A stretch of 64,000 nucleotides of DNA from Lentisphaeria bacterium (GCA_041690595.1 JAWLHB010000003.1:62001-126000); one strand, 5' to 3'. Positions 28,843-38,932 are shown, numbered from the stretch's first letter. Notes: a model not told the origin generated them from the letters alone. Numbers and translations: made by a program.

Positions 28843-31329
28843 TCACTCATTTCCTTGTGGCACAACTTGCCGATAGATGAAGGGCCGCCGGAAGAGTCCA
28901 CCATTATGGTGCGTGTTATGAATCCGAATAGTCAGCTCATTCCGCCCGGGTCGAACCACTCGCGAAAGGTCCACATCCCACTCGAAGCGATAGTCATTAT
29001 GCCACCACATGTGATGCTGCGGACGGTGCGCCACCAGATAGCCGTTGACGTACAGCCATGCTTCGCTGAAGATTCCCGGAAAGCGCACGTGCAATGCGCC
29101 ATTTGCCTCTCTCGCATCCAACTCCGCCTCCGCCTTGTACCACATGAAGCCCGTGAAGCTCTGCCAGTCGGGATGAAGCACCCCCTGCGCCTGCGGGTAC
29201 AGATCGCTGCGCACCCTCTCCCACTGCGTGATGGGGTAATCCTTTCGCGCTTCCGGCGTCGCATAACGCTCACGATTCGCTTCCCAGTAGCTCAGATCCG
29301 GCGTCTGGCGCGAATAGTCTCTGGCCAGGCCAGTATCGTGTGGATCTCGCCGAAATGCCCACTCCAGCGGCAGCCGCGCGACCAACTGCCCGCGCTTGCC
29401 GTCCGTCAATTCCAGCAGCTCACGGTACTGCTTCACCTCCCCCGGAAACCAGGCGTACCCCGACTCCATCCGCGTGGAGGTGAAGATGCCATTCATGGCA
29501 GTCAACGCCGCGCGCGCAGCCAGCGCCTCCTCGCCAGCCTGGATAGCGGTGGCATAATCCCCATCCGTCGCGGCGGCACGCACCATGGCCGTATACTTGT
29601 CAATGATGACAAATCCATGCTCCGTGAAGGTCATTCGCTCAAGATAGAGCCCTTCATTGCGTGACAACGCGCCGCCAGGACGGGCACGCAGCTCCGCCAC
29701 CGCCGCCTTGGCCTCACCCAACGCGGCGCGCAGTTCTTCCACCAGTGGTGCCGTATAGATCGCCGGAATTGTGTAGAACTCGTGCTCCGTGACAATCGTC
29801 TCCTCCCATGCCCGGTAGATCGCGCTCCAGTAGCGCCGCATGGGCTCGGCTGCAGGCCCGTAGAACGCGGGATAGAACGCGTCCAGCAGCGCCTCCACAT
29901 CCGCATCCGGATCCCACATCAACTGACTGCGCAGGTAGAGATTGAGAAAGATGGTGGCGAACGCCCCCCGGCTCTCTGTGTGCAGCCCCAGAATCCCGGC
30001 ATCGCGATAGTGCTTCACATCCTCCCGGAAGGCCATGTGCGATGGGTTAGGAATGTCCCGCCAGACCAGCATCCCCTGGTCGTAGTCGTAGATCACCACC
30101 CGCCCCTCCATCACCTCCGACCACCGATAAAGAATGGATTTGTACTCCTGCCGCGGCGGCGAGCGCGGGTCGTCCATCCCGTGATTCGGATCGATGTCGA
30201 TCGGCGCCAGGTACGCCACCAGCGGACTCTCCGCGATCATCTGCCGTTGCGGCGGAATCGTCATGTTCACGTAGGCAAAGAAGCCGATGCGCGCCTCGCT
30301 CTCCGGGTACTTCGCAAGCAACAGCCGGCAGACCTGGTTGTACAGCGTCATGAAGTTGTCCGCCAGCGCCTGACCCTGAAAGTACTTGTCTGCAAGATTT
30401 GCCGCCAGCTCCGCGTCGATCTTGGAGTCGGAGCTGTAGGCGCCATCGTTCATGCCAAGCGAGAAACTCGTTCCGGCCGCAAAATCGGCCTCGGCCTTGG
30501 CTGCAACATGTGCGGCTGTTGTCGGCTCCGCAATCGGCACATTAAAGACATTCTTGCCTTCCGGCACCAGCTCTTCCACATACTTGCCCAACGAATGACC
30601 GCAGGGAACGCTCAATTCATTCATGAAGTTGCGACGCTGGAACTCCACCTTGCCGGTATTGTCACCCAGCCAGGCAAAACCGGCAGCGGCGTTGCGCACC
30701 TCAAATGGGGGCGCATAGGCATGCTCGAGCCTGCCAATGGCGAGCCGCCCATGGTTCGGAATGCACTCGCCGAAGTCGGTCGACGTATACCAGCGGCACC
30801 CCCATTCGCGCAGCAACCAGGCCACCGCATAGTAGTGGCTCTCTTCGTTCGTGCCGGCAATATAGACCCGATTCCCCTCCCGCTGCACCGCAATGGCATC
30901 CGCACGCAGCTCCGGATTTCGCTTTGCCACCCGGGCCAACGCCTCCTCCAACTGCCCGCGCCGAGCCGCCAGCGCCTCCTCACCTACCAGCAGCACCGGT
31001 GCCGCCCCGTCCAGCGCGGCTGCGATCTCCTCCCGAGTCGCCGCAATCGCAGGTCTGGCACCCGTCATCAATGCCACGTAATGCGCCAGATCATCAGCCG
31101 CCTGCCGCTCCCAACGGCGTACCACCCGCTTCTTCGCCTGCCGTCCTTCACCTTCCATCGCCGTCACCCCAGCTTCAGGCGAAACCACAATGATGGCATC
31201 CGTCTCCCCGGCCTCCGCCACGACCAGCTCATCCAACCCCACCTGCCCCGCCACCGGACCGCCCGCCACAATCCAATCACCACACATCAGGAACACGATG
31301 GCCATAACGCCCATGCTTTTTGCGATCAT
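28843..31329 (-). CDS. Secreted DUF4838-like protein with C-terminal sugar-binding module
   Basis: Signal peptide; LLREWGCRWY, YAPPFEVR, FFAY and AWLYVNG motifs. Confidence 0.75.
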   Translation of the reverse strand: MIAKSMGVMAIVFLMCGDWIVAGGPVAGQVGLDELVVAEAGETDAIIVVSPEAGVTAMEGEGRQAKKRVVRRWERQAADDLAHYVALMTGARPAIAATREEIAAALDGAAPVLLVGEEALAARRGQLEEALARVAKRNPELRADAIAVQREGNRVYIAGTNEESHYYAVAWLLREWGCRWYTSTDFGECIPNHGRLAIGRLEHAYAPPFEVRNAAAGFAWLGDNTGKVEFQRRNFMNELSVPCGHSLGKYVEELVPEGKNVFNVPIAEPTTAAHVAAKAEADFAAGTSFSLGMNDGAYSSDSKIDAELAANLADKYFQGQALADNFMTLYNQVCRLLLAKYPESEARIGFFAYVNMTIPPQRQMIAESPLVAYLAPIDIDPNHGMDDPRSPPRQEYKSILYRWSEVMEGRVVIYDYDQGMLVWRDIPNPSHMAFREDVKHYRDAGILGLHTESRGAFATIFLNLYLRSQLMWDPDADVEALLDAFYPAFYGPAAEPMRRYWSAIYRAWEETIVTEHEFYTIPAIYTAPLVEELRAALGEAKAAVAELRARPGGALSRNEGLYLERMTFTEHGFVIIDKYTAMVRAAATDGDYATAIQAGEEALAARAALTAMNGIFTSTRMESGYAWFPGEVKQYRELLELTDGKRGQLVARLPLEWAFRRDPHDTGLARDYSRQTPDLSYWEANRERYATPEARKDYPITQWERVRSDLYPQAQGVLHPDWQSFTGFMWYKAEAELDAREANGALHVRFPGIFSEAWLYVNGYLVAHRPQHHMWWHNDYRFEWDVDLSRVVRPGRNELTIRIHNTHHNGGLFRRPFIYRQVVPQGNE

Positions 31330-31347
31330 CTGCTGCTCTGCCCCAGA

Positions 31348-31476
31348 TTATTCGTAGAAGTCGATGCCATCGTTGTGCGGATCGGGATTGGTCCCTTTGA
31401 TAGTCATGGGCATCATCCCTGCGTGCGTGTCGGCAAACACCATCTGCGTCTTGTTGTTGCGGTCGTTTTCCCTCAC
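31348..31476 (-). pseudogene. Possible 3' remnant of a prepilin-type H-X9-DG-CTERM gene
   Basis: Reads VRENDRNNKTQMVFADTHAGMMPMTIKGTNPDPHNDGIDFYE*. MVFADTHA resembles the N-x-x-F-x-DGH motif. Confidence 0.35.
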
Positions 31477-31491
31477 TCGCTTATTTCAGGT

Positions 31492-32484
31492 CTAATCAAA
31501 TGGAATGGATATCTCCACTTTCCGAGCATCGTGAACACGTCCAATTACTTGATACCGCAGTATCTTAACCACGTTGGACAACGGTAGCTGGAACCCATAA
31601 AGGGTAAACTGACGCGCAATGCGCGGCGAAACATAGTATAGCTGATCGTGTTCCGTTCCCGCCAAATAGTGCTCGTCCGAGCGAGCCAATCGGATTCTGC
31701 TTCGTGGTCTTTCCATCGTGTCAAGTACAAAACATTCTGCATCTCCACTCATATCTATTTTGGCGATAACAAGATTTCGCCAGTTGTCTTCGTCTGTTTC
31801 TTTAAGATAGGCCAGGGCAATCGAATCCTGCTTTACAACAAGTTCAGAGACAAATTCCCGATCCTTATAGTGGCTACCGGGTAGTCTGACAAAAAACAGC
31901 AGGCTGCCGTCCTTGGTAGAGAAGCCAGCAACATAAATACTCCAGAATACAGATATCGACTTCGTTCGTTCGACTTCCGTCGCCCCGTATCCACAAATGT
32001 ATAGAGTCGCATCAGCAACCTGAATATCCAACGGATCAGCTATTACATTTCCACTCCAATTCAGAAAACCATGTTCGGCTCTTTTGGCATCCTCTCTTGA
32101 CCTGAAGGCCTGAGGAATACCATCCTCACATCTGATCCATAACTTTCCACCAAACTCAACTACTGGCTCAGCATCAGGTTCATCAAAGTCAAACTCCATG
32201 AAAATCGTAGTCACAGTAACCGGATCCAAAGCCGCTTGTTCGAAACTCTCATGAACCCTCAATTCATTATCCACCTTAACTCGCATGGTCTTCACGACTG
32301 ACCGTATCTTTGCATCATTCAAAGTCGTGGGACTTTTGACAGAATACTCAACAAAAAAGCCACCCTCGTAAGCAGATAGTGATTTCAGCCAGTAACCGAA
32401 TCGTTCATCAATATCAGCCAAACAGCTGGTCATTGAAAACGAGAACATGCACAGAACCAGACATTGTCGCATCATCATGATCAT
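31492..32484 (-). CDS. Low-GC orphan exported protein
   Basis: Open for 330 codons; N-terminal signal-like segment; AT-rich (24/60 GC at 32041-32100). Confidence 0.65.
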   Translation of the reverse strand: MIMMMRQCLVLCMFSFSMTSCLADIDERFGYWLKSLSAYEGGFFVEYSVKSPTTLNDAKIRSVVKTMRVKVDNELRVHESFEQAALDPVTVTTIFMEFDFDEPDAEPVVEFGGKLWIRCEDGIPQAFRSREDAKRAEHGFLNWSGNVIADPLDIQVADATLYICGYGATEVERTKSISVFWSIYVAGFSTKDGSLLFFVRLPGSHYKDREFVSELVVKQDSIALAYLKETDEDNWRNLVIAKIDMSGDAECFVLDTMERPRSRIRLARSDEHYLAGTEHDQLYYVSPRIARQFTLYGFQLPLSNVVKILRYQVIGRVHDARKVEISIPFD

Positions 32485-33161
32485 CCTGGAATCACCTTTT
32501 GCAGGCGCATACGCCACGCACACACCGGTTCCTGATCCGCGGCACTATACGTGCCGTCGTGTAACGTGCTGCCGGCGCATCACATCTTCCCTACGCAATG
32601 TTGTTTGACAATATGCTCAGCCGCTTTGCCCATTGTCAAGTAGCTGCAGTTGATCCGCTCGACTCTTCTGTCCACCAGGCAACCATCCTGTTAGTCCTGT
32701 GTGCCTGTCAGAATAGCCAAATCTACTCACCGCATGGACAGGCACCTCGATTCCGACTTTCGTGCCCATCCTGCTCTTCATGTGCCAACCAGCCCATGCT
32801 CGGACCGGGAGCATGTCCCACGTGAGAGGCTTGAGGCGCAAATCCGTCACGCACGTCCCAAAACCATGACACGAACCGGAAATCCCTCCGCTTCCAACTA
32901 CTCAAGGACACGCTGAATGGGCAAGTAGTCCGGCGTATGCGCAGCGCCAGCGACTCACCCGACGGCAACCGCTCTAACGGGATGCAACTGTCGGCGACCC
33001 ACTCGGCGCGCACCCCATCGGTAACGCCTTTTCGGGTCACCCGGTGGACTTGGGAAACTGGCTGCCAATCTCGGTCTCCTCGGGACTCATTGCCACATCT
33101 GCCTGCTATCCCCGGAAACTGCAGGAACACCCCCGGGGGAAAAAATACATTCTTAGACGAG

Positions 33162-33190
33162 TTGTGTTTGCGGATTGGAATGACTATATT
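33162..33190 (+). promoter_or_regulatory. Candidate sigma70 promoter for DUF485-actP
   Basis: TTGTGT-N17-TATATT, about 240 nt upstream of ATG 33429. Confidence 0.45.
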
Positions 33191-33428
33191 GCGCACAATT
33201 CTGGGAAATAGGCTCACCCGCATCGCATGGAACACGTGTAGAATTGCTGGTTGCTCTACTCAGAACAGCCGCTTGGGGAACTTGCGGCGCAGCGGGCGAC
33301 AAGGCAGTGGACCGGGGATCTGGCGGCCGAAAGCCCAAACTACTACGTAGCGACAGAACTCTCTTTGCGGCTCGTTGAAGCATCGGTCCCCGCCCCTGCC
33401 CGAACGAGCATAATTCAAAGGATCCATC

Positions 33429-33701
33429 ATGGGAAGTCTCGACTTCAAAGCCCCGCTCGAACGGGAAAAAGAAGACGCTGACGTTGTTGCCTACAACACG
33501 CGGCGCGGCATGCAGATGTTCATCGTCTACGTACTCTTCTATGGCGGCTTCATGGCGGTCAGCTCATTCTGGCCGCAGGTCATGAGCCTGCCGGTGATCG
33601 GCGGGGTCAACCTCGCCATCGTGAGCGGCTTTGCCCTCATCGTGCTGGCCCTGATACTCGCCCTCATGTATATGAAAATCTGCCGCAAATCCGCCAAGTA
33701 G
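33429..33701 (+). CDS. DUF485 (YjcH-like) small membrane protein
   Basis: 90 aa, two TM helices, directly upstream of a solute symporter. Confidence 0.85.
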   Translation: MGSLDFKAPLEREKEDADVVAYNTRRGMQMFIVYVLFYGGFMAVSSFWPQVMSLPVIGGVNLAIVSGFALIVLALILALMYMKICRKSAK

Positions 33702-33712
33702 GAATACTTACC

Positions 33713-35641
33713 ATGATTCATGATACTTCGTTCATGGCCGTGATGATCTTCCTCTTCTTTGCAGGCACGGTCCTGGGCATCAGCTTCTTTCTAGGGCGCA
33801 AAGCCAAATCGGCTTCCGGCTACTTTGCCGCGGGCGGCGGCATCCACTGGGCGGTCAACGGCATCGCCTTCGCGGGGGACTACCTTTCAGCCGCATCCTT
33901 CCTCGGCATCTGCGGCATGATCGCCTTCTACGGCTATGATGGCTTCCTCTACTCCATCGGCTACCTGGCCGGATGGATCGTCGCGCTCTTCATCATCGCC
34001 GAACCGCTCAAACGCCTCGGACGCTTCACCTTTGCCGACGCGCTCGACAACAAGTACAACTCCCGTGGTATCAAGCTTGCCGCTGCCATCAGCACGCTGG
34101 TGGTCAGCTGCTTCTACCTGATTCCTCAGATGGTGGGCGCCGGAGCTCTGGTTCAGCCATTGCTGGGCTTCCCGCACTATGTCGGCGTGATCGTCGTCGG
34201 CTGCATCGTTACCTTCATCGTCACCACCGCCGGCATGGTCTCCACCACCTGGGTGCAGTTCATCAAGGGCAGCCTGCTCGTCATCCTCTGCACCATCCTG
34301 ACCATCCTGCTCCTCGCCCGCGGTGTCACCACTCAGCCAACAACACCCGATGGCGAGCCACGCTACATCGCCGCCCGGGATGTCACCGAAGCACAACTTC
34401 CCGGTACCATCCTGCCCCAGGAAGGCGACTGGGTCGGAACGCCATTTGTGCAGGTCAGGAGTGAAGAGGGCATCGTCACCGTTTGGCGCCTGGAAGCCGA
34501 TGGCACCTACACCGAAACGCAGTCACTAACCGTCATGCCGGATGGATCCAAGATGGTCAATGGACTGCCCCGCGGCAAGGGCGAAGGCGAAGCCGACCTC
34601 TATCCCGTCGGCTATGCCTCCGAACTCCCTGGCGGTGTCGAGGAGACCGGCCCCGTCAGTCCATGGGAATTCCTCCGCACCATGCAGGACAGCGAGGTCA
34701 TTCTCTGGCGCACCCAGAAGCTTACCGCTGGTGAGGTCACCACCACCGTCTACTATCAGAAGCCCACCTCGGGCGATGATTTCATGGCACCAGGATCCAG
34801 CCCCACCTTCTCCAAGGTCCGCAGTCCAAAGCTCTTCGACAAACTGGACTTCCTCTCCCTCATGCTGGCTCTCTTCTGCGGAACCGCCTCGCTGCCCCAC
34901 ATCCTGATCCGCTATTATACGGTCAAGGATCAGGTCAGCGCGCGTAAGAGCACCGTGGTGGGCATCGCCGCCATCGGCTTTTTCTATGTCCTGACCCTCT
35001 ATCTCGGTCTCGGCGCCATGACCAGTGGTGCTCTCGACGTCACCGACTCCAACATGAGCGCACCACTCCTGGCGCGAAGCTTCGGCGAGCTGCTCTTCGC
35101 GGTGATTTCCGCTATCGCCTTCACCACCGTACTCGGCACCGTCAGCGGCCTCATCATGGCTGCCAGCGGCGCGGTCGCTCATGACCTGATGACCAACGTC
35201 ATGAAGTTCAAGCTCGATGAATTCCAGAAGGTCCGCGCCGCCAAGGGCGCCGCCGTCGCCGTGGGAGCCATCGCCATTGTCCTCGGCATCCTCTTTGCCA
35301 AGATGAACGTCAATTTCCTGGTCGGATGGGCCTTCAACATTGCCGCGTCGGCCAACCTGCCGGCACTCGTCATGTTGCTTTTCTGGAAACGCACCACCAA
35401 GCAGGGCATCACCACGGCTATCATCGTCGGCATGGTCTCCTCCCTGGGCTGGATTCTCCTCAGTGCTCAGGCCTTCAAGGACGTCTATGGACTGGATCCG
35501 GCGAATGCGATCGTTCCATTCAGCCAGCCGGCCATTGTCACCATCCCCCTTGGCTTCCTGGTCCTGATCGTTGTCTCACTGCTAACGCCCAAGCCCATCG
35601 CGCTCACCACCGAGGAACGCGCGGCGGCCGATGCCATGTAA
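33713..35641 (+). CDS. actP: Cation/acetate symporter ActP-like (SSS family)
   Basis: NGIAFAGDYLSAASFLG, YLIPQMVGAG, TTWVQFIKG, GTASLPHIL.RYYTV and AASANLP motifs. Confidence 0.9.
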   Translation: MIHDTSFMAVMIFLFFAGTVLGISFFLGRKAKSASGYFAAGGGIHWAVNGIAFAGDYLSAASFLGICGMIAFYGYDGFLYSIGYLAGWIVALFIIAEPLKRLGRFTFADALDNKYNSRGIKLAAAISTLVVSCFYLIPQMVGAGALVQPLLGFPHYVGVIVVGCIVTFIVTTAGMVSTTWVQFIKGSLLVILCTILTILLLARGVTTQPTTPDGEPRYIAARDVTEAQLPGTILPQEGDWVGTPFVQVRSEEGIVTVWRLEADGTYTETQSLTVMPDGSKMVNGLPRGKGEGEADLYPVGYASELPGGVEETGPVSPWEFLRTMQDSEVILWRTQKLTAGEVTTTVYYQKPTSGDDFMAPGSSPTFSKVRSPKLFDKLDFLSLMLALFCGTASLPHILIRYYTVKDQVSARKSTVVGIAAIGFFYVLTLYLGLGAMTSGALDVTDSNMSAPLLARSFGELLFAVISAIAFTTVLGTVSGLIMAASGAVAHDLMTNVMKFKLDEFQKVRAAKGAAVAVGAIAIVLGILFAKMNVNFLVGWAFNIAASANLPALVMLLFWKRTTKQGITTAIIVGMVSSLGWILLSAQAFKDVYGLDPANAIVPFSQPAIVTIPLGFLVLIVVSLLTPKPIALTTEERAAADAM

Positions 35642-35650
35642 TGGAGACGA

Positions 35651-36430
35651 TCATACGCTCGGATCGACCGGACAGCGGAGGAGTCTACCTTCGGCGGTAT
35701 CCCACAAGGTCAACATGTGGCCGGGCGTTCCCAGATCGTCGCTGACCGCTTGGAAGTGCACACCCGCTATCGTCACCGCGTGATAGCGATGAAAGTGGCC
35801 GAACACCCAGGCTTTGGGCCGGTATGACAAACCGTCCCAGAGCCTGGCAAGTTCGCTCTCCCCGCAGTCATCCGGCGGCCCCGAATCGAATCCGGCCCCG
35901 TCGACATGAAGTGCCACCCCGGGTGCATGCTCCGTCGACGCAGTCATCCCGATACCCAGTCGGCTCGGGCAGGAATGCGTCACCAGCAGCTCCGGACGGC
36001 TCCGGTTGAACGCCGCTATCGCCGCTTCGCGCTGCCGCCGCGTTATATAGTTCGGACTGTGCCGAAGCAGCGCGTGATGCTGCGGCCGATCGACATTCAG
36101 CGCGCCCCCGAGAAATCCCACCCTGCTGCCGCCGATTGTCACTACCGAACCGCGCGGCTGGTAGAAAAGGTTCGCGGTCGCTTGCCAAGTCGCCGTCAGC
36201 CCCGCTCTGTACATCTTGCCCAGCCAGATATGATCCTCATGATTGCCGTCGATTACGTAAAGCGGTACCGGGTAACGCAACTCCGCGCCGCGCGCCATCG
36301 TCTGCGGATAAAAGCCGAAGTCCCCTACCTGAATCGCAGCCTCGATCCGATAATCCACCTGCACCTGCCGGAGGAGGGCGACCAGCGCATCGTGCCGCCC
36401 ATGCACATCCCCCACAATCAACACGCGCAT
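35651..36430 (-). CDS. Calcineurin-like metallophosphoesterase
   Basis: GDVHG, VGDFG, GNHED, VTHSCP and FGHFH motifs; GGGAG RBS; 15 bp after the DUF294 stop. Confidence 0.9.
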   Translation of the reverse strand: MRVLIVGDVHGRHDALVALLRQVQVDYRIEAAIQVGDFGFYPQTMARGAELRYPVPLYVIDGNHEDHIWLGKMYRAGLTATWQATANLFYQPRGSVVTIGGSRVGFLGGALNVDRPQHHALLRHSPNYITRRQREAAIAAFNRSRPELLVTHSCPSRLGIGMTASTEHAPGVALHVDGAGFDSGPPDDCGESELARLWDGLSYRPKAWVFGHFHRYHAVTIAGVHFQAVSDDLGTPGHMLTLWDTAEGRLLRCPVDPSV

Positions 36431-36445
36431 GATAGCTCCCTTGAA

Positions 36446-38932
36446 TCAGGTGGTCCGGGCAAAATCGGTTCGCAGGCGAGCCTGAAAGACAGTGATATCC
36501 GCGAAGACCTTCTTCAGCATCGAACGCTCCAGCTGGGTCAACTCATCCAGGCGCAGATAATTGTCGGCAGCTTCACCTCGAGCCACCTGCTCCGACTGAT
36601 GCGTCAGTCGCATCTGCATCAGCACGCTGTAGGCCTGGCTCAGTTCGTCATGACTGGATGGAATCAGTACACCAAGATCGCGCAGCCGACCCAGCCGCTC
36701 CAGCGTATTCGTCTCCACAAGATGATGCTGCAGGGCATAGATCCGCGCAAAGTTCACCAGCGGTATGACCGCGCTCTTGATGTTGAACGCATCCGCGTGT
36801 TCCCCGCCGCTCTCCAGCTGAATGCTTCCAAAAAAACCACGCGGAGGGCGAAACTGCAGCGTACTCTGCGCCAGATGAAAAAGAAAAACTGGACGATCCG
36901 GCGCCAGCAACGCCTGCCAGTGTTGCCGCAGATCGTTCACATGCGTCGCATCACCATGCACGCAACGCAGATCGAAGAAAATGTTCACGTCCAGCAGCTC
37001 CTGTGGCTCCGCCGCCAACACGCATTCCGTGAAATACTCACGCCAGCGCGACAGCGGCTGACACCACTTCGGGTTGCTCGCCATCGTTTCGCCTTGGCAG
37101 CGACGATAGCCCACACGCTCCAGACCACTGCAGACCGCCTCCCCAAGGCGAAGAAAATAGCCCTGCACCGCCTCTGCATCCTCCGCCGGCACATCCGCGT
37201 AAACCAAGGCATTGTCCTGGTCGGTGGCCAGTGTCTGCTCTCCCCGTGCCTCGCTGCCCAGCGCGAGAAAGGAGTACACTGCCGGCGGCTGCCCAAGTTC
37301 AGCCTCGGCCATCGCCAGCAGTCGCACCGTGATTGCGTCCGCCACACTGCTCATGATCCGGGTCACGTGTTCTATCCGTGTCCCGCTGTCAAGCAGCGTC
37401 TTCACCAGCAGGGGCAGCTTGCCCCGGCAGGCACGCAACTCCTCGACGCTCTTCCCATGCTCGATCTCATTCAGGAGCAGACCGATCGCATGACTCTGCG
37501 CATGCAGAATCTCTGTGCCCGAAAGCAACCCCTGCGCCGTCCCCCGCTCATCCGTCACCACCAGGTGCTGTACACCCCGCTCCTGCATCAGCCGGGCCGC
37601 CTCGAACAGCAGCGCATGCTCCGCGATCCGCACCAGCGGCGCGCTCATGATCCCCGCCACCGCCTCCCCTGCATCACGGCCGACCGACAGCACCCGATTC
37701 CGCAGATCGCTGTCCGTGACGATTCCTATCGGCTGACCATCAGGCCCCTTGACCAGAATGGCGCTCGCCTTCGCCCGCGCCATCGCCGCGGCAGCCTGCC
37801 GTATCGGCGTATGCAGCTCGCAGCTCACCGTGGAAAGCGGCGAGGCCTTGACTGGCCGGGTCGTCAGCGGCAGGGTCGTCTGCAGTTCAGCCAGCAGTCG
37901 CGCCACCGTCTCCTCGCTCTGCCGATGGGCAGTGACATCCTTCAGGGAGAGAACCTGCCCCGTGCGCTCCCCGATCCGCACCGGTGCCGAGGCAAGCTGC
38001 ACCTCGCTCGTCGTGCCATTCTTGGCAATCAGCAGCGCATGCTCCTCCGAGAGTGGCTCCAGAATCCTGTCCATCGTCAGATCCGCCAACTCCTCCTCCG
38101 TGTATCCGAGTCGACTCAGCAACGTCTGATTCGCATAGACCGGCCGCTCCTGCAGCACCATCAGCACCCCCTCCGTCGTCCCCTGCACCAGCAGGCGATA
38201 CTTCTCCTCCGACTCCCGCAGCGCCGCCACCGCCAGCGCCCGGCGCCGGTCCAGCTCGAAGCCATGACGGACCACGTATGCCAGCAATCCCGCCATCACC
38301 ACCAGAATCCCCATCGCGATCTGCATCACCTGCCGAGTGATCTCCCGAATCTGCCCCCGCACATCCTCCACGTAGATTCCCGTCCCGATCAGCCAGTCCC
38401 ACGGCTCGAACCGCTTCACATACGAAAGCTTCGGCACCACCCGCTCTTCATCATCCTGCCACTGCCACAGGTAATCGACATACCCCTCGCCCCTGATCGC
38501 CGACACCTCCACAAACTTCACGAAGAGCCGCTTCCCCGCTGGATCCGCATAGTCCCGAAGATCCTGCCCCTCCATCTCTGGACGATACGGATGCATGATC
38601 ATCCGCGGAGTCTCATCGAAGAGCCAGAAGTAATCCTTGCGCTCATCCCCATAGCGCAGCTCGCGGATACGGCTGATCGCCGCCTGCTGCGCCTCGGCGC
38701 GAGTCAGGCTCCCTGCCACTTCCTGCGCATGCAGAGCCGCAAGATCGCTCCACGCCGTCTGCGTCAGCTCACGCAGCGTCTCCTTCTTAAGCTCCATCAT
38801 ATGACGCTTCATCGTCGGCAGGATGACCACAAAGATCAGCCCCAGAAACAGCCCCAGCGTCAGCACTGGAGGTAGCACAAACGCCAGGTAACGCCCCCTC
38901 ATCCGCGCGGTTGGCGGCACCTCCTCCTTCAT
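36446..38932 (-). CDS. Membrane protein TM-sCache_2-TM-PAS-CBS pair-DUF294 nucleotidyltransferase-DUF294_C
   Basis: Cache: YFW..MIMHP..GYVDYLW..KLSYV..WDWLIGTGIY. CBS: GIVTDSDLR. NTase: LGSEARGEQTLATDQDN and FFDLR. RBS GGAGAGGAG before ATG 38932. Confidence 0.9.
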   Translation of the reverse strand: MKEEVPPTARMRGRYLAFVLPPVLTLGLFLGLIFVVILPTMKRHMMELKKETLRELTQTAWSDLAALHAQEVAGSLTRAEAQQAAISRIRELRYGDERKDYFWLFDETPRMIMHPYRPEMEGQDLRDYADPAGKRLFVKFVEVSAIRGEGYVDYLWQWQDDEERVVPKLSYVKRFEPWDWLIGTGIYVEDVRGQIREITRQVMQIAMGILVVMAGLLAYVVRHGFELDRRRALAVAALRESEEKYRLLVQGTTEGVLMVLQERPVYANQTLLSRLGYTEEELADLTMDRILEPLSEEHALLIAKNGTTSEVQLASAPVRIGERTGQVLSLKDVTAHRQSEETVARLLAELQTTLPLTTRPVKASPLSTVSCELHTPIRQAAAAMARAKASAILVKGPDGQPIGIVTDSDLRNRVLSVGRDAGEAVAGIMSAPLVRIAEHALLFEAARLMQERGVQHLVVTDERGTAQGLLSGTEILHAQSHAIGLLLNEIEHGKSVEELRACRGKLPLLVKTLLDSGTRIEHVTRIMSSVADAITVRLLAMAEAELGQPPAVYSFLALGSEARGEQTLATDQDNALVYADVPAEDAEAVQGYFLRLGEAVCSGLERVGYRRCQGETMASNPKWCQPLSRWREYFTECVLAAEPQELLDVNIFFDLRCVHGDATHVNDLRQHWQALLAPDRPVFLFHLAQSTLQFRPPRGFFGSIQLESGGEHADAFNIKSAVIPLVNFARIYALQHHLVETNTLERLGRLRDLGVLIPSSHDELSQAYSVLMQMRLTHQSEQVARGEAADNYLRLDELTQLERSMLKKVFADITVFQARLRTDFARTT

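Noticed and set aside
31348..31407. GH28 fragment (NDGID)
   Set aside because: Five-residue match directly before a stop, with no other GH28 motifs.
31330..32720. Integron attC sites around the low-GC gene
   Set aside because: No convincing RYYYAAC...GTTRRRY pair with internal symmetry, and no integrase.
35906..38875. 989-aa plus-strand ORF (also 7670-10207, 14524-17040, 57567-59819 and similar)
   Set aside because: Antisense shadows of well-supported genes in GC-rich DNA.
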